Shown piece by piece: positions 49,575-51,155 of a stretch of DNA of 51,155 bases. Under the pieces are notes generated by a model. That model was not told the origin of the DNA, made no database searches, and saw only the letters and a list, made by a program, of their open reading frames with translations. This stretch comes from Butyricicoccus sp. (GTDB taxonomy: Bacteria > Bacillota > Clostridia > Oscillospirales > Oscillospiraceae). Numbering within the stretch: position 1 is the first letter of the stretch; each line of letters opens with the position of its first letter. The translations under genes were made by a program, and so were the position numbers. The stretch covers positions 1 through 51,155 of the forward strand of contig JAMPGF010000001.1 in NCBI GenBank assembly GCA_023664105.1. Reading direction: 5' to 3'.

Positions 49575-50117
49575 TTGAGAGAGCTGATTGAGCTTTTTGT
49601 GAGCTTTGCCAAGGTGGGAGTGTTGACCTTCGGCGGGGGGCTGGCGATGCTGCCGATGCTCCAGCGGGAGATCGTTGAGCGCCGCGGCTGGGCCAGCGAG
49701 GAGGAGCTGACGGACTATTACGCCATCGGCCAGTGCACGCCGGGGATAATCGCGGTGAACACGGCCACCTTCGTCGGCCAGAAGCAGCGCGGCACCGTCG
49801 GCGGGATAGTGGCGACGCTGGGGATGGTGTTCCCCTCGCTTGTCATCATCACGCTTGCCGCGGCGGTGCTGGGCAATTTCTCCGAGCTGCCGCCGGTGAA
49901 GAACGCCTTCGCGGGCGTGCGCGTTTGCGTGTGCGTGCTGATACTCAACGGGGCGGTCAAGCTGTGGAAAAAGACCGTGGTTGACAGGGTGACGCTGGCT
50001 ATTTTCGCCGTGGTTTTCGCCGGGGCGGTGTTCACGGACCTGTCGCCGGTGCTGTTCGTGCTGCTTGCCGCGGGGGCGGGGCTGACGCTCAAGGGATTGG
50101 AGGCGCGCGGGAAATGA
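49575..50117 (+). CDS. chrA: Chromate transporter family protein (ChrA half-size, N-terminal paralogue)
   Basis: LFVSFAKVGVLTFGGGLAMLPMLQREIVERRGW is the CHR signature. Start provisionally set at TTG 49575 (GAGG RBS); the track start at 49500 is a non-ATG codon. Confidence 0.8.
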   Translation: MRELIELFVSFAKVGVLTFGGGLAMLPMLQREIVERRGWASEEELTDYYAIGQCTPGIIAVNTATFVGQKQRGTVGGIVATLGMVFPSLVIITLAAAVLGNFSELPPVKNAFAGVRVCVCVLILNGAVKLWKKTVVDRVTLAIFAVVFAGAVFTDLSPVLFVLLAAGAGLTLKGLEARGK

Positions 50118-50698
50118 TTTATTTGAGGCTTTTCTATGAGTTTTTCAAAACCGGGCTCTTCGCCGTCGGCGGCGGTATGGCTACGCTGCCGTTTCTGCGC
50201 GACATGGGCGCGCGCACCGGCTGGTTCACCGAGGCGCAGCTGACGGATATGATAGCGGTTTCCGAGTCCACGCCCGGCCCCATCGGCGTGAACATGGCGA
50301 CCTACGTCGGCTACGAGACGGCGGGGCTGCCCGGCGGGATAATTGCGACTCTGGGACTCGTCGCGCCGTCGATCATCATTATTCTCATCATCGCGGCCTT
50401 CTTAAAAAGCTTCCGCGACAACCGCTATGTCGAGCGCGCGTTCTACGGCATCCGGCCGTGTTCGACGGCGCTTATTGCCGCGGCGGGCTTCTCGGTAATG
50501 CTGCTGTGCCTGTTCGACACGGAGGCGTACAGGGCCGTCGGCGGGCTGGCGGCGCTCGTGAGCCTGAAGGGACTCGCGCTTTTCGCGGTGATTTGGGTGC
50601 TGACGAATCTGGTCAAGCCCGTGAAAAACCTGCATCCAATTATCTTCATCGCGCTGTCCGCCGCGGCAGGGATAGTGTTCCGCTTCGCGGGGGCATAG
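50114..50698 (+). CDS. chrA: Chromate transporter family protein (ChrA half-size, second paralogue)
   Basis: FFKTGLFAVGGGMATLPFLRDMGARTGWF. It overlaps the upstream gene by 4 nt. Confidence 0.85.
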   Translation: MIYLRLFYEFFKTGLFAVGGGMATLPFLRDMGARTGWFTEAQLTDMIAVSESTPGPIGVNMATYVGYETAGLPGGIIATLGLVAPSIIIILIIAAFLKSFRDNRYVERAFYGIRPCSTALIAAAGFSVMLLCLFDTEAYRAVGGLAALVSLKGLALFAVIWVLTNLVKPVKNLHPIIFIALSAAAGIVFRFAGA

Positions 50699-50699
50699 C

Positions 50700-51155
50700 T
50701 CAAAAAAACACCGAAGCAGCGACAAAAGTAAACAGCGCTGAGATCAGCGCGTGGAGAATGCGTCCGGCGAAATGCCGGGCGCATTTCATGTCTGTGCCCT
50801 CGAGCACGGAGAGGGTCTGGCAGTGCACGCTCAGCCCGCCGAAGCCCAGCAGGAAGGAGCACAGCGCCAGATTTTCCGGCAGCACGGCAAGCCCGCGCAT
50901 CGCGCCGATGCCGCCGCCCAGCTCCAGCAGCCCGGTGAGCAGCGCGCGGGTGAAGCTCAGCGAAGCGCCTGTGCGCGCGGAGAGCTCTCCGGCGGCGGAG
51001 GAGAAGATCCCCGCCCGGTCGAGCAGCGCGGTCACAACGCAGAAAAACAGCACGAAGCCGCAGACGTTCAGGCAGGAGCTTACCGCGCCCTTCACGCTTT
51101 CGGCAAGCGCGGCGGGGAAGGGGCGGGGCTGAGGGCCTGCCGGGGGCGCGGAGGC
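50700..51155 (-). CDS. ylbJ: Sporulation integral membrane protein YlbJ-like (nucleoside-recognition-domain membrane protein), C-terminal part; partial at the window end
   Basis: The frame stays open to the window edge. ...SVKGAVSSCLNVCGFVLFFCVVTALL...LLTGLLELGGGI...GFGGLSVHCQTLSVL matches the YlbJ C-terminal pattern. Confidence 0.65.
   Translation of the reverse strand, partial: ASAPPAGPQPRPFPAALAESVKGAVSSCLNVCGFVLFFCVVTALLDRAGIFSSAAGELSARTGASLSFTRALLTGLLELGGGIGAMRGLAVLPENLALCSFLLGFGGLSVHCQTLSVLEGTDMKCARHFAGRILHALISALFTFVAASVFF

Overview
All calls come from reading the ORF track and the DNA by eye. No database or structure search was run, so family names are motif-recognition calls.

The window has two compositionally different parts.

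(1) Positions 1 to ~12,290 are visibly AT-rich. They look like the right-hand portion of an integrated mobilisable element that continues past the window start. On the minus strand it carries a resolvase fragment with res-like repeats, then a DUF3846 / small ORF / class-II amidotransferase / amidoligase operon, then an XRE regulator. On the plus strand a WYL-domain regulator is tightly coupled to three uncharacterised membrane-associated proteins, followed by an excisionase-like HTH gene. On the minus strand there is a short relaxase-domain gene and a large serine recombinase. A 603-aa orphan ORF ends exactly at the compositional junction. The junction abuts the 3' fragment of a polysaccharide deacetylase gene, so the element appears to split that gene.

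(2) Positions ~12,300 to 51,155 are GC-rich chromosome of a spore-forming Firmicute (ylbJ, pda-like genes). It contains nfnAB, tex, an ABC-F ATPase, a MerR/YbjQ pair, an SDR and glgA with an unusual N-terminal extension. A ~20-kb pectin/galacturonan utilisation region follows: CE8, an LplABC-like ABC transporter with four extra membrane proteins, GH28, GH105, AraC, a second MsmX-like ATPase, kduI, kduD, an esterase, a TIM-barrel isomerase, GH4, an AEC transporter and an amidohydrolase. After that come two esterases plus an ATP-grasp ligase, a secreted degenerate deacetylase-like protein, a split chrA pair and a partial ylbJ.

Two signals stand out. First, the WYL-headed operon of three membrane proteins at 3524-7350 is a candidate undescribed defence or abortive-infection module. 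Second, a dispersed ~150-240-nt structured repeat occurs in three copies (10271-10430, 40441-40680, 48061-48207 inverted). Its helices keep pairing through compensatory changes, and I cannot assign it to any named RNA or IS family.

No rRNA, tRNA or CRISPR array was seen. Many long ORFs in the track are antisense shadow ORFs of GC-rich genes and were rejected.
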